Positions 1 through 9,912 of a DNA stretch of 64,000 nt are shown here, piece by piece. Source of the stretch: Candidatus Levyibacteriota bacterium (GTDB lineage Bacteria > Patescibacteriota > Microgenomatia > Levybacterales > UBA12049); contig JBDRBE010000004.1 in assembly GCA_043823085.1 (NCBI GenBank), positions 197,510 to 261,509 on the forward strand, in the 5' to 3' direction. A program made the translations under genes and the position numbers. Within the stretch, counting starts at the first letter, position 1. The number at the start of each line of letters is the position of its first letter. The notes under the pieces are model-generated. The model did not search any database, was not told the origin of the DNA, and worked only from the letters and a program-made list of their open reading frames with translations.

Positions 1-1202
1 ATTTCATATTCGTCTGGTGTGGCACTGGAATAAATAATTTGATGAGTTTTTCTTGCAAATTCTTCAAAACGCAATGGTCTGTTGTCTAGCGCCGAAGGAA
101 GACGAAAACCATATTCAATTAAAGTTTCCTTTCTTGAACGGTCGCCATAATACATTCCTCGGATTTGAGGAATTGTAATGTGCGATTCATCAATTACAAG
201 GAGCCAGTCTTTTGATGCTTGTTGAAAATAATCAAGCAAAGTATAAGGTGGTTGTCCTGATGCTCTATTTTCAAAATATCTTGAGTAATTTTCAATTCCA
301 TTAACAAATCCAACTTCTTTAATCATTTGTAAATCATAGGTTACTCTTTGCTGTATTCTTTGTGCTTCGATGAGTTTATTTTTCTTTTTTAATTCATTTA
401 CTCTTAAGGCCATATCGTTTTTGATTTGTCTAAAAACACTCTCGTAAGTGGAGGGGTCGGTCATATAATGCTTAGCAGGATAAATAATCGTGGCGTCTAA
501 TTTTGAAATTTCATTGCCAGTCATCTGGTCAAATTCGGAAAGTAAAACAAGCTTATTATCCGTTATCTCCATTCTTATTCCGCAATCAATATATGAAGGG
601 AAAAGATCAATTCCTTCGCCTCTGATTCGGAAAGTTCCTCTTTTGAATCCGTAATCGTTTCTTTCGTACTGTAAATCTGTCAGTCTCAATATTACACTTT
701 TTTGCGAAATTTCCATTCCTTTTCTTAATTCCAAAACGAATTTTCCGTATTCAACAGGTGAACCGAGATTATAGATGCAGGAAACAGATGCAACGACAAT
801 AACATCTTTTCTTGTCAAAAGATTTGCGGTCGCAGACAGCCGCAGCTTATCTATTTCTTCGTTAATTTGAACTTCTTTTTCGATATAGGTATCAATCTGT
901 GGAATATAAGCTTCAGGTTGATAATAGTCGTAGTAAGAAACAAAATAAGAAACAATATTTTTTGGAAAAAATTCCTTAAATTCCTGATAAAGTTGAGCAG
1001 CCAGAGTTTTATTATGCGAAATAATAAGAGTTGGCTTTTGAATTTTTTCAATAACATTGGCAATGGTAAAAGTTTTTCCTGATCCGGTAACACCAAGAAG
1101 AACTTGATGCTTTTTACTTTTTTTAAGGCCTCCGACCAATTTGCCAATTGCTTGCGGCTGGTCGCCGGTTGGTCTAAAATCTGAAACAATTTTAAAATTC
1201 AT
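1..1202 (-). CDS. uvrB: Excinuclease ABC subunit B, N-terminal ~400 aa; runs off the window start
   Basis: The reverse complement from 1202 reads MNFKIVSDFRPTGDQPQAIGKLVGGL...GKTFTIANVI...VSCIYNLG, which is the canonical UvrB helicase N-terminus. The ORF track omits it because there is no stop inside the window. Track ORF 851..1189 is an out-of-frame shadow. Confidence 0.93.
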   Translation of the reverse strand, partial: MNFKIVSDFRPTGDQPQAIGKLVGGLKKSKKHQVLLGVTGSGKTFTIANVIEKIQKPTLIISHNKTLAAQLYQEFKEFFPKNIVSYFVSYYDYYQPEAYIPQIDTYIEKEVQINEEIDKLRLSATANLLTRKDVIVVASVSCIYNLGSPVEYGKFVLELRKGMEISQKSVILRLTDLQYERNDYGFKRGTFRIRGEGIDLFPSYIDCGIRMEITDNKLVLLSEFDQMTGNEISKLDATIIYPAKHYMTDPSTYESVFRQIKNDMALRVNELKKKNKLIEAQRIQQRVTYDLQMIKEVGFVNGIENYSRYFENRASGQPPYTLLDYFQQASKDWLLVIDESHITIPQIRGMYYGDRSRKETLIEYGFRLPSALDNRPLRFEEFARKTHQIIYSSATPDEYE

Positions 1203-1257
1203 AGAAACATTTTACCATACAATTTTTAATTGACATATTTTGTATAACTTTGTCCTC

Positions 1258-1286
1258 TTGAAAAATTCTAGAAAATTGCGTATAAA
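1258..1286 (+). promoter_or_regulatory. lexA promoter: -35 TTGAAA at 1258-1263, 17-nt spacer, -10 TATAAA at 1281-1286; the ATG is 8 nt downstream, so the mRNA is leaderless
   Basis: Hexamers and spacing were read directly. The spacer contains the near-palindrome AAAATTCTAGAAAATT. Confidence 0.5.
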
Positions 1287-1294
1287 ATATTAAT

Positions 1295-1921
1295 ATGGCT
1301 GGTGTTTTATATAAAAAGGAAAGAGAGATTTTAGAGTTCATCGCGCAATTCCAAAATCAATATGGATATTCACCAAAACTTTCGGAAATTGCAGTGGCAA
1401 CGGGTCATAAAAGCAATTCAACAATTCATGCCATTATAAGTTCGCTGGTTGAAAAAGGATACATCCAAAAAGTTGAGGGAAATACAAGAGTTTTAAAAAT
1501 TCTCGATTCAACAATTACAACAACAGCTCTTGGCGCACAGCCTTCAATGGAATTACCCTTAATGGGATATATCGCAGCAGGGAAACCACTGGAACCATAT
1601 AGTGACCCAAATGCAACTTTTCAGGTTTCGGCATCAATGATGTCCGGTAAAAAAATAGCCTATGTATTGCAGGTTAAAGGAAATTCTATGGTTGAAGACG
1701 GTATTTTAGACGGTGATTATGTTGTTATCGAAAGAGCCGAAGATGCGGTTAACGGAGATATTGTTGTAGCACTTGTCGACGGAAACTTAGCAACATTGAA
1801 ACGTTTTTACAAAGAGGACGGGAGAGTTGTCCTAAAGCCTGCAAATGCCCAAATGGAACCGATTTATCCCAATTTCCTCACCATACAAGGAAAAGTAGTC
1901 GGACTCGTTCGAAAATTCTAG
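1295..1921 (+). CDS. lexA: LexA repressor (winged-helix N-terminus plus S24 peptidase C-terminus)
   Basis: LexA_DNA_bind-like N-terminus (YSPKLSEIA...STIHAIISSLVEKGYI), GNSM Ser motif and LATLKRF Lys motif. It lies divergent to uvrB. Confidence 0.85.
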   Translation: MAGVLYKKEREILEFIAQFQNQYGYSPKLSEIAVATGHKSNSTIHAIISSLVEKGYIQKVEGNTRVLKILDSTITTTALGAQPSMELPLMGYIAAGKPLEPYSDPNATFQVSASMMSGKKIAYVLQVKGNSMVEDGILDGDYVVIERAEDAVNGDIVVALVDGNLATLKRFYKEDGRVVLKPANAQMEPIYPNFLTIQGKVVGLVRKF

Positions 1922-2538
1922 CGGAATTTTAAAATCTTTAATTTGTGGTTGATATAAAAAGCAAAGGCAAAAATTGCAATTCCCAGAATTAAAAAATCAA
2001 ACTTTCTAAAGTAACTTTCAAGAGCGTGCCAATTATCGCCCATATAAACTCCGACCATTGTTAAAAGTGCTGACCAAATGAGAGATCCTACAAATGTGTA
2101 AATTGAAAATTTCCAAATATTCATTTCGGCCAATCCTGCCGGAAGCGAAATAAAAGTTCTAACAGCCGGAAGAAGGCGGCTGAAAAAAACTACGCTATTG
2201 CCATATTTTTTAAACCACGCAACAGATTTTAAATAGTCACTTTTGGTCATTAATATAAATTTTCCGTACTTACCAACAAGTGAAAGTATGACATTTTCTT
2301 CCAAATAATAACCTATTGCATAGGCAATTAAAGAACCGATAAGATTGCCGACTGCACCTGCTAAAATAACCGGAATGAGAGATAATGTGCCTTTGCTTAT
2401 CAAAAATCCGGAAAACGGCATTGTAACTTCGGAAGGAATTGGAATTAATGCAGATTCAAGGGTCATCAAAATAAAAATTCCAAAGTAGCCTGTGGCTTGA
2501 ATAAGATGTATAATCAATCCTGATAATTGTTCAAGCAT
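1918..2538 (-). CDS. DedA/SNARE-associated family membrane protein
   Basis: GYFGIFILMTLESALIPIPSE signature; polytopic membrane protein. Confidence 0.8.
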   Translation of the reverse strand: MLEQLSGLIIHLIQATGYFGIFILMTLESALIPIPSEVTMPFSGFLISKGTLSLIPVILAGAVGNLIGSLIAYAIGYYLEENVILSLVGKYGKFILMTKSDYLKSVAWFKKYGNSVVFFSRLLPAVRTFISLPAGLAEMNIWKFSIYTFVGSLIWSALLTMVGVYMGDNWHALESYFRKFDFLILGIAIFAFAFYINHKLKILKFR

Positions 2539-2544
2539 ATTGTT

Positions 2545-3249
2545 ATGAGTGTGTTATTTATTGTATCAACACCAATAGGTAATTTACAAGATCTTTCTTT
2601 TCGAACGATAAAAACATTGCAAAGTGTTAACGCTATTGCATGTGAAGATACGCGAAGAACCGGCTTATTATTAAAACACATCTCGGAAATTTCACCTGCT
2701 CAAAATCAGAAAGAAAAACCGCTTCTGATTTCTTATTACGAGCAAAACGAGTACATGAGAATTCCCCAAATTATTAATTTTATAAAAAATGGTCAAGATA
2801 TTGCTTTGGTTTCCGATGCTGGAATGCCCACAATTTCTGATCCCGGATTTAAATTAGTTCGGGAATGCATAAAGGAGGGTATAAAAGTAGAAGTGATTCC
2901 GGGCCCTTCGTCGGTTATCAATTCCTTAGTTTCAAGCGGTTTGCCAACCGATAAATTTTTATTCGTCGGTTATCCGCCAAAAAAACCCGGTCACCGCTTG
3001 AAATTCTTTCAAAACATTAATTCAATAATTCAAACCATTAAACTGACAATAATTATTTTTGAAGCGCCGCATAAACTAATCAGAACGCTTAATGAATTAA
3101 AAGACGTTTTTGGAGATATTGATATTGTAATTTGCCGGGAATTAACTAAGGTTCATGAAGAAATCCGACGAGAAAAAATCTCGGAAAGCCTAAAACATTT
3201 TTTGGAATTTTCACCAAGGGGAGAATTCTCTATTCTTTTTAACTTTTAA
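2545..3249 (+). CDS. rsmI: 16S rRNA (cytidine1402-2'-O)-methyltransferase
   Basis: LFIVSTPIGNLQDLSFR...ACEDTRRTGLLL tetrapyrrole-methylase-fold RsmI signature. Start taken as the ATG at 2545; the track's TTG at 2527 would overlap the DedA start. Confidence 0.85.
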   Translation: MSVLFIVSTPIGNLQDLSFRTIKTLQSVNAIACEDTRRTGLLLKHISEISPAQNQKEKPLLISYYEQNEYMRIPQIINFIKNGQDIALVSDAGMPTISDPGFKLVRECIKEGIKVEVIPGPSSVINSLVSSGLPTDKFLFVGYPPKKPGHRLKFFQNINSIIQTIKLTIIIFEAPHKLIRTLNELKDVFGDIDIVICRELTKVHEEIRREKISESLKHFLEFSPRGEFSILFNF

Positions 3250-3517
3250 CAGTGAATAGTTTTACAACTGTAGCCCTGAACCGGGGATGAAAGTCTTTTT
3301 CTCCTTCACTTAAAGGCATCGAAGTTCCAGTCACTTCTAAAGGATGACTATTCCACCATTTTGCCATCACTCCATCTTCGATTCTAGTACTGCTGTTTAC
3401 GACTACTTTAGCTGTGGGAATATTCTTCTCGTTTACTAGAATTATAGCTCCTTCACTTGAATTAAAAAGGCTAAGGATACCTGTAATTGTTTCTTGACGT
3501 TCTCTAAGAACCATAAT
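3239..3517 (-). CDS. Hypothetical small protein (~92 aa)
   Basis: ORF only. The start is placed at MVLRERQ; -35 TTGACT and -10 TATAAT elements lie inside the acs 3' end. The alternative TTG-extended start at 3598 overlaps acs. Confidence 0.35.
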   Translation of the reverse strand: MMVLRERQETITGILSLFNSSEGAIILVNEKNIPTAKVVVNSSTRIEDGVMAKWWNSHPLEVTGTSMPLSEGEKDFHPRFRATVVKLFTVKS

Positions 3518-3554
3518 AATTAATTCTTTGATTATAGCGTTCAATAGATAAAAG

Positions 3555-5345
3555 TCAATACTCCTCAAGTGTTGATGTGTCGCCAATGGGAAGGCCAAGT
3601 TCTTTTGCTTTTAACACTCTTCTCATTATTTTTCCGCTTCTTGTTTTTGGAAGTTTATCGATAAATTCAATTTCGCGCGGATATGCGTGGCCTGCCAGAT
3701 GTTTTTTAACAAAAAGAGAAAGTTCTTCTTTTAATTTTTCACTTGGTTTAATATCTTTTTTTAAAACAACAAAAGCTTTGATAATTTCTCCCCGCATTGC
3801 ATCCGGTTTTCCAATTACCCCTGCTTCAACCACTCCCGGATAGTCTACGAGCGCCGATTCAACTTCAAACGGTCCAACTCTTTCACCTGCGGTTTTTATG
3901 ACGTCATCGGCCCTTCCAATAAACCAAAAATATCCGTCTTTATCTTTTAACGCCCTGTCGCCGGAAATATACCATTCGACTTGTCGCTTTGCTCCTCGCT
4001 CATGGCTGTAAGCCGTACCATTAATAAAGTATGATTTATATTTTGTTGGACGGCGCCAAATGCCTTTCATTAGTGACGGAAAGTTTGGGCGCAGAGCAAG
4101 ATTTCCTTCTCTGTTTATTTTAAGTTCATGGCCTTTATCATCAACAATGCCGGCAGTAATACCCGGAACCGGCTTTCCCATTGAACCTACTTTTATATCC
4201 AATACCGGGTAATTTGCAATACAAATTGCACCAAGTTCTGTCTGCCACCAATTGTCGTGAAAGGCAAGGCCAAAAGCTTTTTGCCCCCAAAAAATCGCTT
4301 CGGGATTAAGCGGTTCGCCAACGCTTGCCAAATGTCTTAGACTTGACAGATTATGTTTTTTGACTGGTTCAAGACCTGCGGCCATTAACATGCGGACTGC
4401 AGTCGGAGCAGTGTACCAAACAGTTACCTTATAATCCTCAATGATTTTGTACCAAGTATCCGGATCAAAACGCCCGTCATATACAACCGCTGACGCTCCG
4501 TTTGCCCATGATCCCAAAATTTCGTAAGCAATGCCTGTAACCCAGCCCGGATCTGCAGTGCACCAATAAACATCATCTTCTTTTAAATCCAAAACCCATT
4601 TTGCGGTAATATATTCTTGGACAATTGCCAAATGGCGGTGTAAAACACCTTTAGGTTTTCCCGTTGTTCCGGAGGTATAAAGCATAAAGGCCGAATCGTT
4701 TTTATCCATATTTCGGACATTAAAATCTTTACTTTGCTTTTGAAGTTCCTGATTAAAGAAGATAGCTTTTTTACTTTTTATTTGTTTTTGTGATTCACGT
4801 TCGACGATTATAATTATTTCCAAAGATGGGAGATCTTTCATTATTTTTTCAACACGAGGATAAAGTTCGCTATTTGTAATTAAAACTTTAGCCTGACTGT
4901 TTAAAAGCCTATCTAAAAGTGCTTTTTCCTGAAAAGCTGAGAAAAGCGTTCCGGCAATTGCGCCAATTTTTAAAATTCCCAAAAATGAAATATAAAGTTC
5001 CGGAATGCGGGGTAAAAAAATAAAAACTCTGTCTCCCTTATTGATCTTTTGCGATTTTAAAACATTGGCAAATTGGTTTGATTTTTCGGAAAAATCTTTA
5101 AAAGTATATTGTTCTTTTAATCCAGTTCCGCTCAAGAAATATAGGGCAATTTTATTTTTTCTAAAATTTAAGGCGTTTTGATCAATGGCAATATGCGCGG
5201 CATTTAATTTATGATTGGCAAAAATTGATAATTCTTTTTCTGCCGTCTTCCATGTAAACTTTTTATATTCTTTATTATAATCGGATAAATTAGCTTTTTC
5301 TTTTACGTTTTTATCTTTTCTAATGATTCTTTTGTCAGTTAACAT
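3555..5345 (-). CDS. acs: AMP-forming acyl-CoA synthetase, most likely acetyl-CoA synthetase
   Basis: YTSGTTGKPKGV AMP-binding motif and C-terminus ending ...PKTRSGKIMRRVL, typical of Acs. Confidence 0.8.
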   Translation of the reverse strand: MLTDKRIIRKDKNVKEKANLSDYNKEYKKFTWKTAEKELSIFANHKLNAAHIAIDQNALNFRKNKIALYFLSGTGLKEQYTFKDFSEKSNQFANVLKSQKINKGDRVFIFLPRIPELYISFLGILKIGAIAGTLFSAFQEKALLDRLLNSQAKVLITNSELYPRVEKIMKDLPSLEIIIIVERESQKQIKSKKAIFFNQELQKQSKDFNVRNMDKNDSAFMLYTSGTTGKPKGVLHRHLAIVQEYITAKWVLDLKEDDVYWCTADPGWVTGIAYEILGSWANGASAVVYDGRFDPDTWYKIIEDYKVTVWYTAPTAVRMLMAAGLEPVKKHNLSSLRHLASVGEPLNPEAIFWGQKAFGLAFHDNWWQTELGAICIANYPVLDIKVGSMGKPVPGITAGIVDDKGHELKINREGNLALRPNFPSLMKGIWRRPTKYKSYFINGTAYSHERGAKRQVEWYISGDRALKDKDGYFWFIGRADDVIKTAGERVGPFEVESALVDYPGVVEAGVIGKPDAMRGEIIKAFVVLKKDIKPSEKLKEELSLFVKKHLAGHAYPREIEFIDKLPKTRSGKIMRRVLKAKELGLPIGDTSTLEEY

Positions 5346-5346
5346 T

Positions 5347-5973
5347 TCAGACTAAATTTGGTTTGTAATTTTTTATTTCTTTAGAAATTATTTTGCCGGT
5401 TTCGTCAATTTGATAAATGTAAATTTCACCCGTGGCTATTTCAAGCTTTGAAATATTTTCATCTGAAATATTTTCTAGGTATTTAACCAATGCGCGCAGG
5501 CTGTTGCTGTGGGCGGATATCAATACGTTTTTTCCCAATAAAAGCTGGGGGAGAATTTGATTCTTATAATAAGGGACAGTTCGGGCATAAACGTCCTTAA
5601 GAGTTTCTCCTTTTGCGATAGGGTAGTCCCATGCCCTTCTGATTTTTAAAAAAATATCATCGCCGTATTGTTTTTTAATCTCCCATTTATTTTTGCCCGT
5701 AAATTCTCCATAGTCACGTTCGTTTAAAGCGGCATCTTTATATGCTGGAAAGTTACATTCCAATAAGCCTTTTTTTATTTCGTCCAGAGTTTCTATGGCA
5801 CGTTTCAAAGGCGAGGAAAAGGCCACGTCAAATTTAATATCTCTTATTAGTTCTCCCGCAACCCGCGCTTCTTCTTTGCCTTTTTCGCTCAAAGAGATAT
5901 CGGTAAAGCCCGTCCAAAGGCCTTTTGCATTCCAAACGGATTCTCCATGACGAACAAGTACCAAATAACCCAT
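5347..5973 (-). CDS. gpmA: 2,3-bisphosphoglycerate-dependent phosphoglycerate mutase
   Basis: LVLVRHGESVWN histidine-phosphatase motif. Confidence 0.85.
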   Translation of the reverse strand: MGYLVLVRHGESVWNAKGLWTGFTDISLSEKGKEEARVAGELIRDIKFDVAFSSPLKRAIETLDEIKKGLLECNFPAYKDAALNERDYGEFTGKNKWEIKKQYGDDIFLKIRRAWDYPIAKGETLKDVYARTVPYYKNQILPQLLLGKNVLISAHSNSLRALVKYLENISDENISKLEIATGEIYIYQIDETGKIISKEIKNYKPNLV

Positions 5974-5975
5974 AT

Positions 5976-7235
5976 TTATAATGTTTTTAATTGTTCTTCG
6001 ATTTGCAAAAGCCGATTATATTTTGCCACTCTTTCTCCTCTTGCCGGCGCACCAAATTTTACATAATCAGCGCCTACGGCAACAGCAAGATCCGCAATAA
6101 AATCATCATTTGTTTCGCCGGATCGGTGAGAGACAATTATTTTTAGTCCTGCCATTCTCGCCACCTCTATAACCGCCAATGTCTCAATTACAGTCCCGAT
6201 TTGATTTGGCTTAATAACAATTCCTGTAATGGCGTTTTTATCAATAGCCATTGCAAGTCTGTAAGGATTTGTAACGGTTAAATCGTCGCCGACAATAATT
6301 GTGTTTTGGGACAATCTTTGTGTTATCTTTGTCCATCCATTCCAATCATCCTCTCCCAGCGGATCTTCAAGATACAAAAAACCGAAATTTTTATTTAGTT
6401 CTTCGTAATAGGAAATTAATTCGTCGCTAGATAGCGGATCTGCATTATTTTTTATTTTGTATTTACCATCTTTATGGAAACTGTTTGCCGCCGCATCAAG
6501 ACCAAAAAAAACATCAAAACTATAATTAAAGCCGGCTTTTGTTATTGCATCTTTCATTATAGTGAGAGCATCGACAGACGATGCAACATTAGGACTAAAT
6601 CCCCCCTCGTCGCCTACAAGCGTTAAAAGATTTTTCTGTTTTATAATACTTTTTAAGTTTCTATACACTGATGTGCCAATTTCAAGTGACTGTGCATAAG
6701 TTTTTGAGCTGGCAGGAATAATCAAAAATTCTTGAAGAATAAGATTTCCGTCTGTGTGTTTTCCGCCATTTATCAGATTAAATGCCGGAGTTGGAATCTT
6801 CCAAACAGGCGGGGAATTTTTAATAAATTTTTTTAAATATGAGAAAAGAGGAAGAACGGAAGTTTTTGCCGCCGCTTTGGCAACTGCCATAGAAACAGAT
6901 AGAATTGCATTTGCACCAAGCTTTCCTTTATTTTGCGTACCGTCCAGTTCAATCATGAGTCTGTCGATTTCCTGTTGCTTATTAACTTCTAAACCAATAA
7001 GTTTTGGAGTAATAATATTTTGAACGCTATCAATTGCTTTCAATATTCCAAGACCGTTAAAACGATTTTCGTCGTGATCTCTTAAATCCAGTGCTTCGTA
7101 ACTTCCAACAGATGCCCCGCTTGGGCAATCGGCAATACCAATATTTCCATCATCTAAAACAACAGCGGTTTCAATAGTTGGATTTCCTCGGCAATCTAAA
7201 ATTTCACTTGATTTTATTTCTTTAATTTTGGCCAT
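5976..7235 (-). CDS. eno: Enolase
   Basis: MAKIKEIKSSEILDCRGNPTIE...SHRSGETED-like motifs. ATG at 7235; the track used an upstream TTG. Confidence 0.95.
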   Translation of the reverse strand: MAKIKEIKSSEILDCRGNPTIETAVVLDDGNIGIADCPSGASVGSYEALDLRDHDENRFNGLGILKAIDSVQNIITPKLIGLEVNKQQEIDRLMIELDGTQNKGKLGANAILSVSMAVAKAAAKTSVLPLFSYLKKFIKNSPPVWKIPTPAFNLINGGKHTDGNLILQEFLIIPASSKTYAQSLEIGTSVYRNLKSIIKQKNLLTLVGDEGGFSPNVASSVDALTIMKDAITKAGFNYSFDVFFGLDAAANSFHKDGKYKIKNNADPLSSDELISYYEELNKNFGFLYLEDPLGEDDWNGWTKITQRLSQNTIIVGDDLTVTNPYRLAMAIDKNAITGIVIKPNQIGTVIETLAVIEVARMAGLKIIVSHRSGETNDDFIADLAVAVGADYVKFGAPARGERVAKYNRLLQIEEQLKTL

Positions 7236-7237
7236 AG

Positions 7238-9535
7238 TCAACTAATCAATTTTTTCTCGCATTCGGCAATAGTTTTACGGACATTTTCAATTGCGTCAGG
7301 AGTTACCGAAATACTTGTAATGCCCAATTTTACTAATTTTTCTACAAGCAATGGATAAATAGATGGTGCTTGACCGCAGATGGATGAAGTTATTTTATAT
7401 TTATTGGCTGTTTTAATTGTGTGTTCAAGTGCCCATAAAACCGCATCGTCTATTTCGCTAAATTCTCGTGCTATTTCACTATTGTCTCTATCCGCGCCAA
7501 GAATAAGCATGGTTAAATCGTTTGATCCAATTGATACTCCGTCAATTCCAGCATGAATAAATTTTTCAAGCAATATAACGTTCGAGGGGATTTCAACCAT
7601 CATAAAAAGTTTAAAGTTTTCGCAGCGGTAAAGTCCGGAATTGGAAATTATTTTTTTGACTGCGATAAAGTCACGGACGGTTCTAACAAAAGGAATCATG
7701 AGCCAAAGATTCTTCAATCCCTTGTCGTTTCTTATTTTTTTTATTGCCTCAAGCTCTAACTTAAAAACTTCCGGATCATTAATATAGCGAAAGGCGCCTC
7801 TGTAGCCAAGCATTGGATTTGATTCCTGCGGTTCAAAATCTTTTCCGCCAATAAGATTTCTATATTCATTTGTTTTAAAATCAGAAGCACGGTAAATTAC
7901 AGGTCGGGGATTAAATGCTTTGCAAAATGTTTCAAGTCCTAGAGTTAGCGTATCAACAAAAAGGTGTTTTTTTCCGTCCCGAATAAGTTTTTTTGGATGA
8001 ATGCCGATTTGCGCCATCATAAATTCCGCTCGTAAAAGACCGACTCCGTCAACGTTTTGACTTGCAGCTTTTGCCGCCATTTCCGGTTCTGCCAAATTTA
8101 CATATACCTTTGTCGCCGTCTTAATTTGTTTTTCATTTGATATTTGTCCTGAGCTTGCCGAACGGATGACATTTGACATTGTTTTGATATGTCCTCCTTT
8201 AAATACTTCTCCTGTTTTTCCATTGACTGTAACAATATTCCCTTCTTTGAGAATTTTGGTTGCTTTTTTTGTACCGACAACTGCGGGAATTCCAAGTTCT
8301 CTAGAAACAATCGCGGCATGCGATGTTCGTCCTCCTGAATCAGTCACAATTGCTATGGCTTTTTTCATGGCAGGGACAAAATCCGGATTTGTTTGACTTG
8401 TAACCAATATCTCACCTGGTTTTACTTTATCGATTTCTTTTGCGCTTTTTATTATTCGTACAGGGCCAGAAGCAATTCCCGGAGAAGCAGGATCGCCCCG
8501 CAGCAGCAAATCTTCCATTTTCCATTTCCCATTCTCCATCTCTTTTTGGTTTTCGCTTTTTGCTTTTTGATTTATTGTAGTGACCGGGCGCGTTTGAACA
8601 ATATAGATTTTGCCTTTCTCAATGGCCCATTCTATATCTTGGGGGAAATAATAATGTTCTTCCATTTTCTTACCGATTTTTGCGATATCGATAACTTGTT
8701 CATCGGTAATTTTTTGTCTGCTTCCTGTTTTTTTGTCAATTTTAACCTCTTTATTGACTGTCCCGACTTTTTTGAATAATATTTTTTGCTCTGCGATATT
8801 TTTTGACAAAATCGCGAAATTATTTTTTAGAACCTCAAAATGGTCGGGTGTCACTTTTCCCTGAACGATATATTCACCCAGCCCGTAAATCGCTTCAATT
8901 ACAATTTTTGATTTATCATTTGTTGTTGGATCAATTGTGAACATTACGCCGGATTTTTCGGATGAGACCATTTTTTGAACAGGTATTGCAATGCCGACTT
9001 TTAAATGATCGAATTTATTCTCATGTCTGTAAAATATGGCTCTTGATTCAAACAGTGACGCCCAGGCGTCTTTAATTTTTAATAATAAATTTGCTTCACC
9101 TTTAACATTTAAGAAAGTTTCCTGCTGTCCGGCAAAAGATGCCGTTGGTAAATCTTCAGCAGTGGCTGATGAACGTACTGCAACTAAAGTGTCGTCCATG
9201 ACGCCGCTTAATTTTTTATAATATTTAAAAACATCGTTGATAAGTTCGTCAGACATTTTTCCCTCTTTAATCCATTTTTTAATATGACTTGAAACTTGCG
9301 AGATTGAATCAGAGCGATTAAAATTCGTAGTTTGTAAAAGATGTTTAATTTTTATAGCAAGATTATTCTCTTTTATAAATTCGTAGTAGGCAGTTGAAGT
9401 AACTATAAAACCGTCTGGAACTTGGAATCCGGCATTTATCATTTCTCCAAGGTTAGCACCCTTTCCGCCTACAAGAGGAATGTCTTCTTTATCAACGTCT
9501 TTAAACCAGCAAACCAAATCAGACTTTTTCGCCAT
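7238..9535 (-). CDS. ppsA: Phosphoenolpyruvate synthase (pyruvate, water dikinase)
   Basis: GGKGANLGEM, GGRTSHAAIVSRELGIPAVVG phospho-His domain, and a PEP-utilising C-terminal domain. Confidence 0.85.
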   Translation of the reverse strand: MAKKSDLVCWFKDVDKEDIPLVGGKGANLGEMINAGFQVPDGFIVTSTAYYEFIKENNLAIKIKHLLQTTNFNRSDSISQVSSHIKKWIKEGKMSDELINDVFKYYKKLSGVMDDTLVAVRSSATAEDLPTASFAGQQETFLNVKGEANLLLKIKDAWASLFESRAIFYRHENKFDHLKVGIAIPVQKMVSSEKSGVMFTIDPTTNDKSKIVIEAIYGLGEYIVQGKVTPDHFEVLKNNFAILSKNIAEQKILFKKVGTVNKEVKIDKKTGSRQKITDEQVIDIAKIGKKMEEHYYFPQDIEWAIEKGKIYIVQTRPVTTINQKAKSENQKEMENGKWKMEDLLLRGDPASPGIASGPVRIIKSAKEIDKVKPGEILVTSQTNPDFVPAMKKAIAIVTDSGGRTSHAAIVSRELGIPAVVGTKKATKILKEGNIVTVNGKTGEVFKGGHIKTMSNVIRSASSGQISNEKQIKTATKVYVNLAEPEMAAKAASQNVDGVGLLRAEFMMAQIGIHPKKLIRDGKKHLFVDTLTLGLETFCKAFNPRPVIYRASDFKTNEYRNLIGGKDFEPQESNPMLGYRGAFRYINDPEVFKLELEAIKKIRNDKGLKNLWLMIPFVRTVRDFIAVKKIISNSGLYRCENFKLFMMVEIPSNVILLEKFIHAGIDGVSIGSNDLTMLILGADRDNSEIAREFSEIDDAVLWALEHTIKTANKYKITSSICGQAPSIYPLLVEKLVKLGITSISVTPDAIENVRKTIAECEKKLIS

Positions 9536-9581
9536 ATATTTATTGTGGGTAATTTTGCCAAAAAAAGCAATATCTAAAATA

Positions 9582-9815
9582 TTAAATTGAGGAAATATGA
9601 AGCTCTTCTTCTACGACAGTTACCCTGTTTTCTAATTTTACTAAATCTTTTTTGTCGGCCTTATTCTTGTCTACAACTTCAACAAGATCTGTAAAAACTT
9701 GATCAAGATCTTCTTTTAGCTCTTTTCTTAATGCACGTAGGTCATCTTTCGTGCTCATTTTAATTTGGATTTTTTTTAGGGTCTCTTGGATTTGTTTTAG
9801 ATCAGTTGAGTTCAT
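9582..9815 (-). CDS. Hypothetical coiled-coil protein (~78 aa)
   Basis: ORF only; start placed at MNSTDLK to avoid overlap with the upstream gene. Confidence 0.3.
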   Translation of the reverse strand: MNSTDLKQIQETLKKIQIKMSTKDDLRALRKELKEDLDQVFTDLVEVVDKNKADKKDLVKLENRVTVVEEELHISSI

Positions 9816-9912
9816 GCTAATGTACAGTTTTACAAAATTCAAACAGTTTGTCAATAACTTATAAGAAAACTTTAGCGATTTTTTGAGAGTTGCTCTTTGA
9901 AGTTTAATTGAA

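Noticed and set aside
851-1189. Track ORF (112 aa, minus strand) inside the uvrB region
   Set aside because: It is out of frame relative to the long UvrB reading frame, which gives a textbook UvrB sequence. It is a shadow ORF.
1203-1294. Canonical SOS box (CTGT-N8-ACAG) or Cheo box (GAAC-N4-GTTC) upstream of lexA/uvrB
   Set aside because: Neither consensus is present there or upstream of uvrA. Only weaker AT-rich palindromes are seen; these are reported as a low-confidence finding.
6754-9221. Multiple short track ORFs antisense or nested within eno and ppsA (for example 6754..7023, 8166..8779, 9036..9221), and similar ones inside other long genes
   Set aside because: They are embedded in well-supported conserved genes, with no ribosome-binding site and low-complexity translations. 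They are typical AT-rich shadow ORFs.
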